Shown here piece after piece: positions 29,422 through 39,957 of a stretch of 64,000 bases of DNA. Origin of the DNA: an uncultured virus (IMG/VR IMGVR_UViG_3300022555_000014). Its lineage: Duplodnaviria; Heunggongvirae; Uroviricota; Caudoviricetes. The notes under the pieces were generated by a model that did no database searches, had not been told where the DNA came from, and saw only the letters and a program-made list of their open reading frames with translations. Position numbers and translations under genes: made by a program. Location of the stretch: IMG/VR virus record IMGVR_UViG_3300022555_000014, one strand, 5' to 3'. Each line of letters begins with the position of its first letter. Position 1 is the stretch's first letter.

Positions 29422-31719
29422 ATGACCGACACTGGTTATTTTATTAACGCGTTGGGTACATTAGAATTTAGTTTTCAGATAGGCGATACGCACGGAATTG
29501 TTCTTGGTCCAACTATTTACGCTGATTTGAATTTACCTGTTTACGTCCCACCTCCTCCACCCCCACCGTCACCCCCACCATCCGGTACACCTCACCCTAG
29601 GTTCTCACGTAGTGGTGATATACACATTCAATACGGAGTTAATCCGGCGTTTTACCAACTTAACGGTACAACCTGGACTCAACTAGCTTCAACTAATTCT
29701 CCTGTTTTCACAGGCACACCTACTGTACCAACCCCTACATTAACCGACAGTTCTAGCACCATTGCTTCTACTTCTTTCGTACAGGGGTACGTTCAAGCTC
29801 AAGGTTACGTAGTTAACTCCGACCTAGATTTGTACGCTCGTTTAGACTCTCCGGTTTTCACAGGTGCGCCACAAGCTCCTACGCCAACACTTACCGATAG
29901 CTCTACGTCACTAGCTACTACAGCTTTCGTGTCTGATTACGTTCAAACGAACTTAGCTTTAGCCAAACTGTCTGATGTGTCTATTACACCTAACCCACCA
30001 ACAACTAACACTCCGTTAGTCTTTGATACAGCGATTAACAAGTGGTCGTCTACCGCAGCGTCCGTTAATTTTTCTGTACCTGCGTCCTTCACCGCTCCTG
30101 TTGTGTTCACAGATGTAACTACGTTTACAGTTCCAGCGCAGTTTACGGCTGGTCTTACTGTTACTACTGGTAACGGTTTACTTGAGACTCTACCTGGAAA
30201 TTTCAACTTTGTTTTCACGGGTGTAGACTCTAGCAACAATCCTACCACTATTGGTCAGATGCTTTTTGGTGTTGATGCTGGAGGTACAGCTAACACTACA
30301 TCGTTTAGTCTTAACCAAACAGCTATCGGTTTCAATAGCTCATCGTCTATGTTTACCTTAGACACCTTTGGCACCTCGGGCATTGCCTTAGAAACATCTA
30401 AGCAGTTAACAGCTACGGTCACAGGAATTGATACTTTAGGTAATTCTGTATACCTCACAGCTTCTGGCAACATGGCTTTTAATACACCTAATCTGGTTGT
30501 AAGTTACAACGTTACAGCTAACACTTTTACTGACACTATCGGTGTTTTACCAACAACTATCCAAACCCAACGTGACACTAAATTTACTAACCTAGCTGAA
30601 GGCGACATTGTTTATTGGAACGCTACCGATAACTTCTTTGAAAACAAGACTAGTAACAATTGGGCTCCTTTGGATTCTCCTGTTTTAACTGGGTTACCAC
30701 AGGCACCTACAGTAACTGTTACAGACAACAGTAGTTCAATTGCTACTACATCTTTCGTTCAAACCTTACTGACCTCTGATTTATCTACTTACGCACCGCT
30801 AGAATCTCCGGTTTTATCAGGAACCCCTACCGTACCAACCCCTGCTTTGACTGATAACTCTGAAACGATTGTTAATAGCGGTTGGATTGTAAGTCAAGGT
30901 TACGCCACAGTCAACCAACTTTTTGGTTTTGCACCTTTAATTTCTCCTGCCTTCCTTGGCAACCCCACCGCTCCTACTGTAACTAGTACAGATAATTCCA
31001 CTTCTATTGCTACTACTGAGTTTGTCCAGACAGCTTTAACTAGTTACGCGCTTTTAGACTCCCCTATTTTTGTCGGAAGCCCTACGGCACCAACAGTAAC
31101 TTCTACTGATAACAGTAATACTCTTGCAACAACTTCATTCATTCACGGTCAGGGCTTTATTACCTCTTCGGCACTGGTACCATACGCTCCGCTTAACTCA
31201 CCTGAGTTTTCAGGCTCTCCAACCTCCCCTACTCCTACTTTAACTGACAACAGTAGTTCAATTGCTACTACAGCTTTCGTTCAAACGTTAGTTCAACCCT
31301 TGGCTACTGTAGACTCCCCTAACTTCACTGGTACACCTACCGCCCCCACTCCTGCTTTAACTGACAACTCTACTACTTTAGCTACTACTGCCTATGTCAC
31401 TCAGCTAGTCAACAGTTCAACTAGCACTAATACCAACATCAAAGCCATCACCGCTCCTGGTAACTATACCGTCCTACCTACTGACTATATAGTAATTTTT
31501 AATAAGACTATTGGTGAAACCACTAACGTTAACTTGCCTGCTGGTCAGTTTGGTAAGCAGTTGATTTTGAAGGACGGTCGTGGTGACGCCGATTCTAATA
31601 ACATCATAATCCAGTCATCTGTTGGCGATTTGATTGACGGCCAATCTGTTATTGCTATCAATGAGAAGTGGGAATCCACCACTATCGTCTTCAACGGTAC
31701 TATGTGGAACGTTATCTGA
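29422..31719 (+). CDS. Modular tail fibre protein
   Basis: The N-terminus resembles 9204 (FINA.G...F..G...GPT.Y). Poly-Pro linker, eight fibre repeats, C-terminal 'YTVLPTDYIV...VNLPAG...LILKDGRGDA...NI.I...IDG...NGTMW' domain. Confidence 0.85.
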   Translation: MTDTGYFINALGTLEFSFQIGDTHGIVLGPTIYADLNLPVYVPPPPPPPSPPPSGTPHPRFSRSGDIHIQYGVNPAFYQLNGTTWTQLASTNSPVFTGTPTVPTPTLTDSSSTIASTSFVQGYVQAQGYVVNSDLDLYARLDSPVFTGAPQAPTPTLTDSSTSLATTAFVSDYVQTNLALAKLSDVSITPNPPTTNTPLVFDTAINKWSSTAASVNFSVPASFTAPVVFTDVTTFTVPAQFTAGLTVTTGNGLLETLPGNFNFVFTGVDSSNNPTTIGQMLFGVDAGGTANTTSFSLNQTAIGFNSSSSMFTLDTFGTSGIALETSKQLTATVTGIDTLGNSVYLTASGNMAFNTPNLVVSYNVTANTFTDTIGVLPTTIQTQRDTKFTNLAEGDIVYWNATDNFFENKTSNNWAPLDSPVLTGLPQAPTVTVTDNSSSIATTSFVQTLLTSDLSTYAPLESPVLSGTPTVPTPALTDNSETIVNSGWIVSQGYATVNQLFGFAPLISPAFLGNPTAPTVTSTDNSTSIATTEFVQTALTSYALLDSPIFVGSPTAPTVTSTDNSNTLATTSFIHGQGFITSSALVPYAPLNSPEFSGSPTSPTPTLTDNSSSIATTAFVQTLVQPLATVDSPNFTGTPTAPTPALTDNSTTLATTAYVTQLVNSSTSTNTNIKAITAPGNYTVLPTDYIVIFNKTIGETTNVNLPAGQFGKQLILKDGRGDADSNNIIIQSSVGDLIDGQSVIAINEKWESTTIVFNGTMWNVI

Positions 31720-31798
31720 CCTTACGGTCGGGACTAACATTCAATCTTTGTCTCTCCCTCACTTTAGCCATTCACCCTAATTGGAAAAGGTCTATACC

Positions 31799-32938
31799 AT
31801 GTCGTTTCGGACGAATATTCCTGCGGTTGATTCGGAAATTGGCGTTCAATTAGCCAACCGGATCGGTGTTTCAATTCAGGCTTACAATTCAACTTTGCAA
31901 GCCTTAGCAACGACTTCTATTAGCACAGCGTCAACTAACGCTAACGGAGTCTTTGGTTCTACTGACGGCTCTACGGTAACGTTTATCACGTCTCCTTCAT
32001 TTAGTACGTTGAAGGTCGGATCACTGTCAGGCGTGGTTAAGGCTACATCTGGTAACCTGTCTGGTGGTGCTTCGGCTTCTGATCTTTCTAACGGTGTTTC
32101 TGGATCCGGTGCGGTTGTTTTAGCAGCAAGTCCCGCACTAACTGGAATCCCTACAGCGCCGACCGCTTCTAGCACCGATAGTTCTACTCAGATTGCTACT
32201 ACTGCATTTTGCCAATCAATTGTAGGTACTGCTGTTACATCAGCAATGGTTTATAAAGGTACTGTTGATATTACTGCTGCCCCACCTTCTCCAGAGCAGA
32301 CTGGGTGGTGTTGGAGGGTTGCTACAGGCGGTACTCCTAACGCCGGATATTCATTTACATCAACTGTAACCACGTGTAATATTGGTGATTTAGTAGTATA
32401 CAATGGTACTACCTGGGATCATTTAACATCTGGTCTTTCGGCCGTCAATTCCGGGGACAATATCGTCGTTACGCCGACTGGTAACTTATCTTACTCAGTC
32501 GCTTTAACAAGTTCACCTGCTCTGTCTGGTAACCCTACTGCACCGACTCCTTCTAGCACCGATAATTCTACACGAATTGCTACTACCGCGTTTGTTCATG
32601 GTTTGAACCTAGTTGCTAATACTTTAAGCCTACAAGCGGTTACTCTGGTTACAGCTTCCGGTTCTTATACAGCTACTAGCTCCGACTACCTCATCATTGT
32701 TAATAAGACTGCCAGTGAAGCAACTACTATCAACCTGCCAGCGGGTACTGATAACCGAGTTTTCTTGATCAAAGACGGTAAGGGAGACGCTTCTACACAT
32801 AACATAACCATCACTGTGAATAGTACCGATAAGATTATGGACACTGCTTTGTCTGGTCTCGGTGGCTCTACTGTTATCCAGTACAATGGTGAGTCTGTCA
32901 CGCTAGTTTACAAGTCTGGAGTCTGGTATCTAATCTAG
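31799..32938 (+). CDS. Tail fibre protein
   Basis: Start ATG 31799 (MSFRT). Two fibre repeats, a 'VYKGTVDITAAPP' module and the same C-terminal domain as 29422..31719. Confidence 0.82.
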   Translation: MSFRTNIPAVDSEIGVQLANRIGVSIQAYNSTLQALATTSISTASTNANGVFGSTDGSTVTFITSPSFSTLKVGSLSGVVKATSGNLSGGASASDLSNGVSGSGAVVLAASPALTGIPTAPTASSTDSSTQIATTAFCQSIVGTAVTSAMVYKGTVDITAAPPSPEQTGWCWRVATGGTPNAGYSFTSTVTTCNIGDLVVYNGTTWDHLTSGLSAVNSGDNIVVTPTGNLSYSVALTSSPALSGNPTAPTPSSTDNSTRIATTAFVHGLNLVANTLSLQAVTLVTASGSYTATSSDYLIIVNKTASEATTINLPAGTDNRVFLIKDGKGDASTHNITITVNSTDKIMDTALSGLGGSTVIQYNGESVTLVYKSGVWYLI

Positions 32939-33019
32939 CCAATAATTCAATAATTCAATACAGTGGGTGGTGGTTAAAATAGACTACCACCCACCTACTT
33001 CTCGGAAAGGGTTTCTAAT

Positions 33020-34744
33020 ATGTCATTCAAAACAGATACTGTAGCAGTTGATTCTGAGATTACCAGCAAGATAGGCGTTTCAGTTCAAGGGTACAATGCT
33101 AAACTCAATTCAATATCCAATATCTCATTATCTGGTGCTTCTGGGACTACTAACGGACTAATCGGTTCTACTGACGGTACTTCTTTAGGTTTGATTTTGA
33201 ATCCTGTTTTGACCAACGTTACTTTGAACGGTACCTCTACTTCTACCACACCAACAGTAACCGATAGTTCTACCTCTATTGCAACTACTGCCTTTACAGT
33301 TAATTATGTCTCAGGGGCTTTATCTAGCTATGCCCTACTTAATAGTCCAGTTTTTACTGGTAACCCTAAAGCTCCAACTGTTACCTCTACTGACAATTCA
33401 ACTAACTTAGCTACTACGTCGTTTGTTCAAACTCAAGGTTTCATTACCTCGTCTGCACTAAGTCCGTATGCACCGTTAAGTTCTCCTACTTTTACAGGAT
33501 TACCAAAGGCACCGACTGTTACTAGTACTGATAATTCAACTAGTTTAGCGACCACCGCTTGGGTCACTAGCTGGGTTAATGGAAAAGGTTATTCAACTAC
33601 GCCTACATATCTCTATGTTGGATCAAACACAGGTTCGCCAACTACGCCAACTGTTGGTACTGTCCAAGGACAAGTGGCAATAGGCGACAGTGCGATTGTA
33701 AGTAGTTCTGGTACAGGATCAATAGCAATTGGTACGGCTGCTAAGGTTGGCGGTAGTGCTAGTAATGCGGTGGCTCTTGGCGGTAATGCTTATTCGGCAG
33801 GTAATCTTTCTTTTTCAGCGTGTACAGGCAATTCTACGGGAAATTTTACTTACGGGGCGTTTGCTAATAATAGCGTGGCGCTAGGGTATCAAGTTACTGT
33901 TAACGGTCAATACGGTAACGTTGCTGGTGGTTTTAGCAACAATATTACAACTAACGGTACAGGTGGAGCTATTAGCGGCGGTCAGCTTAACACCGTCGAT
34001 GCCAGCAACGCCAATATATCTGGTGGCTACGGGCATAACGTTCACGCCGGTCATAGTTCGATTTCTGGAGGGACCAACTGTTCAATTAGTGCTGGACCAA
34101 CTTACTCTACTATTTGTGGTGGGTATTTTAACACAATAACCGGTGGTGTTGGTAACGCAGCTATTCTAGGTGGGTCTAACAATACACTTAGTGGAGGTAA
34201 CGCTGTTGTTTTAGGTGGTGCTAATAATACAGCGTCTAACACCTACACTGTAGCAATGGGATTCCATTCAGTTGCTAGCAATTACGGTCAGGTAGCTTAT
34301 TCAACTGGGTACACTTGTAATAACGGGCTAGGGAACAGCCCGACCAATTCTCAAACGTCACAGTATTTGTTACGTACGGCTACTACTGACGCCAGTGCTC
34401 ACGAAGCTTTTTTAGATAATGGTTCAGCACGAATTGCAGTGGGGACAGGGCAAGCTCTTACTTTTGAAGTAACAGTTTTAGTCCATGATTACACTACTCC
34501 TGCCAACAACGCTGTAATAACTACTTTACAACCAGGATTAGTTTACAACAACGCTGGTACTTTAAGTTTGGCCTCACCTACTTGGAACAGTGCAGTAGTT
34601 TTAAACTCCTGGAGTGTTAGCGGTCTAGCAGTTACTGTTGGAACTAACAGCAATAATTTGACGTTTAGCGTACAGGGTCCTACCTCTGGTTCTGACACCC
34701 TGTATTGGAACTTACGTGTTAGAACTGTTGAGACTACCCAATAA
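33020..34744 (+). CDS. Tail fibre protein with Gly-rich YadA-head-like beta-roll repeats
   Basis: N-terminus paralogous to 31799. Fibre repeats plus 'SIAIG/AVALG' and 'ISGGxxN' repeats. Confidence 0.8.
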   Translation: MSFKTDTVAVDSEITSKIGVSVQGYNAKLNSISNISLSGASGTTNGLIGSTDGTSLGLILNPVLTNVTLNGTSTSTTPTVTDSSTSIATTAFTVNYVSGALSSYALLNSPVFTGNPKAPTVTSTDNSTNLATTSFVQTQGFITSSALSPYAPLSSPTFTGLPKAPTVTSTDNSTSLATTAWVTSWVNGKGYSTTPTYLYVGSNTGSPTTPTVGTVQGQVAIGDSAIVSSSGTGSIAIGTAAKVGGSASNAVALGGNAYSAGNLSFSACTGNSTGNFTYGAFANNSVALGYQVTVNGQYGNVAGGFSNNITTNGTGGAISGGQLNTVDASNANISGGYGHNVHAGHSSISGGTNCSISAGPTYSTICGGYFNTITGGVGNAAILGGSNNTLSGGNAVVLGGANNTASNTYTVAMGFHSVASNYGQVAYSTGYTCNNGLGNSPTNSQTSQYLLRTATTDASAHEAFLDNGSARIAVGTGQALTFEVTVLVHDYTTPANNAVITTLQPGLVYNNAGTLSLASPTWNSAVVLNSWSVSGLAVTVGTNSNNLTFSVQGPTSGSDTLYWNLRVRTVETTQ

Positions 34745-35053
34745 TGTTACACCTGTTACTGGCGTTTGTCAAGGGTATTGTTAGGTGCGCGTGTTTGGGT
34801 TGAACTGTTAAGGCCAACCCTCAGGGTGAAAGTAGTCAACAGAATACAAGTTTAGCTAGTTTCTAATACCATAAAACGGACAAACTAGGCAAGTTAATAG
34901 GGCTGATTTCTAAAACAGTTGTTAGTAATGCAGTGTAAAATAACGGTGGGTTGGTGGGTTGGATTATTCGGTATTTTAGATAATTCTTAATTTTTATTTG
35001 TAAGCGTAGAAGAGTGCCGAGAAGTTGAGTCGGCAGAATAGGTAGTTAATAAC

Positions 35054-35702
35054 ATGACGGAAAACGGCATTATACTAAGGCAAATTGGTACGTCGTTAAA
35101 CTCATTCAAGATTCGACATCGGACAATTTATTCGGGGACTGGTGCCACGGTGCCGGACCCTAACATGGGTGTGTACGGTGATTTGTATTTTAATGATGTT
35201 AATGTGTACCAGAATATTAACGCGGTTTGGGTACCGTTCGTTTCTACCAATTCGATTGGTGACATTATTACTGCCGCTATTAACGCACAGGTACCCGGAC
35301 TGTTGACTAGCACAGTCAGTCACAACATTACTAACTTAGTCATCGCTGATATTATTCAACAAGTACCGGGTATGGTCAATAGCGTAGTTAGCCAGAACAT
35401 CTCTAATTTGGTCAGTGCTGAGATAGGACAAATAGTACCGAAGTATCAAATTGATGCTGCCTACGCGGTACCGTACTCGATGGTGTTGATTCAACTAAGC
35501 CACCTCCCGATAAACCCTAGCCAGATAGAAGTTTTGTACAACGGTAACGCTTTAATCTATAACGTTGACTTCGTCATTGCTAATAATGTTAACGTTATAG
35601 CCAGTTCCAGCTTGAATCAAACCTTCAACGGTGTGGGCCAGGACGGAGCGGGGGTTTAGTAGCACAGATTTTGTGCAGGCTGCGTATCAGTATCACGGTT
35701 AA
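35054..35702 (+). pseudogene. Fibre-associated structural protein with a +1 frameshift near the 3' end
   Basis: The ORF stops at 35659 (DGAGV*). Removing one G from the G-run 35650-35654 gives DGAGFSSTDFVQAAYQYHG*, matching the paralogous end DGLGFSNSDNISAYYEY* of 37565..39757. Confidence 0.75.
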
Positions 35703-35777
35703 TTGTGGTAAGCTAGGTGATAATTTTTATCTAGCTTATTTAATTTTAATAAGGTGTTAATAAGAAAGGTAAAAAGT

Positions 35778-37568
35778 ATGCACACCTCTACAGCTCTCCA
35801 AAAAATTCGGCGCACTAATGTTAAAGATAGTAAGAAGCTCCGCACCGCTGACGTTACTGATGAATCTCTACCAGGATTACAAAAGTGTCTGGATAATCCT
35901 GACTTGATACCTAACAAGAATGAACTTGAGATTTTTAAACTATTTGCTCTTAAAATTCTAGAATGTAATGTGGTACTTGGAAAAATATACAGAAACTACC
36001 CTACAGGTAAAACTCTAGAAATAGGTACAGCAGTATCCGGCGGTTACTACCAGTTAAAGCTATCTTATAATGGTAAAACTTTATTTGCTAGAGTTAACAG
36101 AATAATTGCTCAATTATGTTTCGGTCCTTGCCCTGAAGGGTTCGTAGTTCATCATAGGGATCACAACAAACTAAACAACTCTATTGATAACCTAGCTTTT
36201 GCTACAGATTCTGAAAATAGTAAAGAATCTTCCTCTAGAGAACATATTAAAGATATAATGCGCGTAAAAAGGAGTGGTGTAAACTCTCCTACTAGTAAGT
36301 TGACTACGGCTACTAAGAATAAAGCTTTTAAGTTAAAAGAAACTGGAACCTATACTAATAGAAAAATAGCTAACATACTTAACGTGTCTGACGCTGCCAT
36401 AAGTATGTTATTTAGTGGTAAGACACACAAACATGACGTTAAAAAGGTTCAGAACTCTGCTGCGATTATCCCTAAACCTATCATCCCAGTAGCTGATTTA
36501 GATAAACTTGAAGGCGAAGCTATAGAACGAGATCGTTGGCTTCTTTCTCTAGTAATATCAGGAGAGCTGCGGGTTACTAGAACAGGTAAAATATACCGTG
36601 TTAGTTCCGGTAACTGGTTAGGTTCTGTTGGTAGGACAGGTTATGTCCAAATTAGTTTACGCGATAAAGACTCTGGTAAGCCCTATACCTTTAAAGCGCA
36701 TCGTTTAATTTACCTGTGCTTTAAAGGTATAATACCAGAGGGTAAGGTTATAGACCATATTGATGACAATAAGTCTAATAACCACATTGATAATTTACAA
36801 TTACTAACGTCTAAAGAAAATACGCAAAAAGCTCACGATACTGGTTGCTTCGACAAAGCAAAAGCTTCAATGCGAAATATGGGAGAGAATAACAGTAGGT
36901 CTGTATTGACCGATGCTATTCTTGATGAAGCTAGACTTATGATAGCTTCTGGCACATCAGTTTCAGCCACAGGTAGGATATTAGGCGTTAACAGAGCTAC
37001 TTTACAAGACGCTATTTGTGGTAAGTCTTGGAGACATAGGGAAAAAGACCCGTCGATAGTGTTTAAACGCCCTAAAGTTGTACACGAAGAAGATAAAGTT
37101 ATTCTAATTCGGTACGAGTATAGGACCCAAAAGGTAAGCTACTCCGAATTAGGTAGGCGTCATGATATGCATCCTGTAACTATACGTAGAATATGTATTA
37201 GAGAGATACATAAATGCGTACTAGAGGTTGCGGCTAATGTTTGTTCTAAGTGTGGTACTCGTAAAGAAAACCTCAGCTACTATGATAAAGAATGGACTTG
37301 CGACTGCTGTAAGACTCTTCATAACCGTCAAGAGAACATTGACAAGAATGAAGCTTATTTTGAAGGTTATAGGAAAGCTTTAAAGCGGCTACCTTCTCCT
37401 GATGAATATTTACGTCTTCGTAAGAAAGACTACGCCTCTAATCGTAGGGTGTATAAGAATAATAAATTACAGCCTATGTGTGGTAAGATTAAAGGTTTAC
37501 GTAGGTTCGTACCCTCCTCTCTATTGGTGAAATATAACCATCTCAAAACAAGGACTAAATCGTCATGA
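35778..37568 (+). CDS. Double-HNH endonuclease with HTH domains and a Zn ribbon
   Basis: HNH motifs VHHRDHNKLNNSIDNL and IDHIDDNKSNNHIDNL, three HTH-like segments, and CSKCG...WTCDCC. Start at ATG 35778 behind GAAAGG. Confidence 0.85.
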   Translation: MHTSTALQKIRRTNVKDSKKLRTADVTDESLPGLQKCLDNPDLIPNKNELEIFKLFALKILECNVVLGKIYRNYPTGKTLEIGTAVSGGYYQLKLSYNGKTLFARVNRIIAQLCFGPCPEGFVVHHRDHNKLNNSIDNLAFATDSENSKESSSREHIKDIMRVKRSGVNSPTSKLTTATKNKAFKLKETGTYTNRKIANILNVSDAAISMLFSGKTHKHDVKKVQNSAAIIPKPIIPVADLDKLEGEAIERDRWLLSLVISGELRVTRTGKIYRVSSGNWLGSVGRTGYVQISLRDKDSGKPYTFKAHRLIYLCFKGIIPEGKVIDHIDDNKSNNHIDNLQLLTSKENTQKAHDTGCFDKAKASMRNMGENNSRSVLTDAILDEARLMIASGTSVSATGRILGVNRATLQDAICGKSWRHREKDPSIVFKRPKVVHEEDKVILIRYEYRTQKVSYSELGRRHDMHPVTIRRICIREIHKCVLEVAANVCSKCGTRKENLSYYDKEWTCDCCKTLHNRQENIDKNEAYFEGYRKALKRLPSPDEYLRLRKKDYASNRRVYKNNKLQPMCGKIKGLRRFVPSSLLVKYNHLKTRTKSS

Positions 37569-39757
37569 GTCAGCTTCAAATCAAACAGATTGCTAATTTG
37601 CAGTCTAGTTTAAATCTTAAAGCACCACTCGCTTCTCCGGCCCTCACTGGTAACCCTACAGCACCCACTACCTCAGCCGCTGATAATTCTACTACTTTGG
37701 CAACCACAGCTTATGTTAAAAGTTTGGCTGGTGCAGCGAATCCTTTGATGGACGCTTCTGTAGCAGCGGTTGGTACGTCATATCTGTACAGTAGGCAGGA
37801 TCACCAACATCCGTCCGATTCTAGCCGGGCTCCTCTAAATTCTCCGAATCTAACAGGTTCGCCAACAGCACCTACTCCTACCGTTACCGACAATTCAACA
37901 GCGTTAGCAACGACCGCGTTTGTCCGTTCTTTGGGCTATTTAACTGGTAACCAAACCATCACTTTGACTGGTGACGCCACTGGTTCCGGTACTACTAGTA
38001 TTGCTGTCACACTGTCAACCGTTAACGCTTCAACTGGCACCTTTGGTTCTAGCTCAGTGGTTCCGGTTATCACTACGAATAATAAGGGCTTAATCACCAG
38101 CGTCGCTTCTGCCGCCATTACCCCCGCTTCTATCGGAGCCGCCCCACTAAATAGTCCGGCATTAACTGGAACGCCAACAGCACCGACTCCTACCGTCACT
38201 GATAATTCTACGAATATAGCTACCACTGCTTATGTAGTTTCGAAGAACTACATCACAGCAGCTGCTTTAACGACCTATGCACCTCTAAATTCTCCTGCAC
38301 TGACGGGGTCGCCAACAGCACCAACCGTCACCTCAACCGATAGCTCAACAGCCATTGCTACTACTGCTTTCGTTGCTAATGCTGTAATTGCTGAAGATGC
38401 TAAGGTTCTGCATACGACAGGAAATGAAAGCGCCTCTGGTACCAAAACATTTACCACTTCTGTGGTCATTCCTACTCTGACTGCTACTGATAACTCCACT
38501 TTTGCGGCGAGTACTGCTTTTGTTCGTAGTTTGGCTTCAAGCACTTTGCCACTTATGGACGCTTCGGCAGCGATTGGCTCCTCAATCTACTACGCCAGGG
38601 CTGATCATTGTCATGCAACCGACACGAGTAGAGCACCACTAGCGTCTCCCGCATTAACAGGATCGCCTACTGCACCTACACCTTCTACGGGAGATTCTTC
38701 TACACTACTCGCCACAACCGCGTTTATTAAAAACCAGGGATACGCTACATTAGCCTCCCCGACTTTCACAGGCACGGTTCAAGCACCTACCGTTACCTCA
38801 ACTGATAATTCTACTAATGTGGCTACAACCGCATGGGTTCGCAGCTTAGGGTTGTCCACTCTAAATTCTCCTAATTTCACTGGTACACCAACTGCGCCTA
38901 CACCAACTGCTGGCGATAATTCTACTGATATTGCTACTACTGCTTTCGTGACCAATGCTCTTAGCACGGCCTTAACGGCGGCTATGATTTACAAGGGTAC
39001 AATTGACGTTACTACAGCGTCACCACCAGCATCTCCAGCTACTGGTTGGATGTACAGGAATACGGGTACCGGGGCTCCGAAAAGCGGATGGTCGTTCAGT
39101 ACCACTGTTACAGTGATCGATGCAGGCGATTTCGTCACTTTCAATGGTACGACTTATGATAGGACAGCTAACGTAGAACCGAGCGTTTCGGCCGGTAATG
39201 GCATAGTCGTTACCCCTACTGGAGACACTTCCTACCAAGTAGCCATTTCTGCTAGTTACACTGGTGGGACGAGCATTACTACACTAGGTACAATCACAAC
39301 GGGTACATGGTCGGGAAGCACTATCGGGGTAGGTGTAGGCGGTACTGGCCTCACGTCTATTGCTAGTAATTCTGTGCTAGCCACTGGTTCCACAGCTAAC
39401 ACTATTGTTCCTGTTGCTCTAGCTTCTGGAACCATTCTTGGTAATAATGGTTCTGGTCCGGCTGCTCTAACTGCTGCTCAGATGCGTACACTTATGAACG
39501 TACGTACTGCTACTGACAGTGCTGCCGCTACATCAGGAAGCATGACGCTACTGACCTTGACGAATACTCCGTTGACCCCTTCTTCAGTAGAAGTCACCTT
39601 CAACGGTCTAGTCCTTCAGTACACCACTGACTACACAATTTCTGGAACTACTGTTACTGCCACTTCAAGCCTCAACACTGCGTATGGTGGCTTAACTGGT
39701 AGTGACGGACTTGGATTCAGCAATTCTGACAACATCAGTGCGTACTACGAATATTAA
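37565..39757 (+). CDS. Modular tail fibre protein
   Basis: Seven full fibre repeats, 'YSRQDHQHP/YARADHCHA' motifs and a 'YKGT' module. ATGA overlap with the HNH gene. Confidence 0.87.
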   Translation: MSQLQIKQIANLQSSLNLKAPLASPALTGNPTAPTTSAADNSTTLATTAYVKSLAGAANPLMDASVAAVGTSYLYSRQDHQHPSDSSRAPLNSPNLTGSPTAPTPTVTDNSTALATTAFVRSLGYLTGNQTITLTGDATGSGTTSIAVTLSTVNASTGTFGSSSVVPVITTNNKGLITSVASAAITPASIGAAPLNSPALTGTPTAPTPTVTDNSTNIATTAYVVSKNYITAAALTTYAPLNSPALTGSPTAPTVTSTDSSTAIATTAFVANAVIAEDAKVLHTTGNESASGTKTFTTSVVIPTLTATDNSTFAASTAFVRSLASSTLPLMDASAAIGSSIYYARADHCHATDTSRAPLASPALTGSPTAPTPSTGDSSTLLATTAFIKNQGYATLASPTFTGTVQAPTVTSTDNSTNVATTAWVRSLGLSTLNSPNFTGTPTAPTPTAGDNSTDIATTAFVTNALSTALTAAMIYKGTIDVTTASPPASPATGWMYRNTGTGAPKSGWSFSTTVTVIDAGDFVTFNGTTYDRTANVEPSVSAGNGIVVTPTGDTSYQVAISASYTGGTSITTLGTITTGTWSGSTIGVGVGGTGLTSIASNSVLATGSTANTIVPVALASGTILGNNGSGPAALTAAQMRTLMNVRTATDSAAATSGSMTLLTLTNTPLTPSSVEVTFNGLVLQYTTDYTISGTTVTATSSLNTAYGGLTGSDGLGFSNSDNISAYYEY

Positions 39758-39809
39758 GCCTTAACACGTATGTTTAGCAGCCCTAAACTATCACAATAAG
39801 CCTAAAAAT

Positions 39810-39847
39810 AGACCCACTGTTCAATTTTTGATTGAACAGTGGGTCTT
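39810..39847 (+). terminator. Hairpin / probable terminator
   Basis: AGACCCACTGTTCAAT-TTTTG-ATTGAACAGTGGGTCT. Confidence 0.8.
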
Positions 39848-39889
39848 CCTATAGTTGCAAAATAAATTTTCAGATTCTGAACTTTTCCC

Positions 39890-39918
39890 TTGACTCACCC
39901 AGAAAATTTCTATATACT
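39890..39918 (+). promoter_or_regulatory. sigma70-type promoter for HNH gene 3
   Basis: TTGACT-17 nt-TATACT, about 40 nt upstream of ATG 39958. Confidence 0.75.
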
Positions 39919-39957
39919 GACTCATAGTTAGTAGCTCTTAATAAGAAAGGTAAAATT

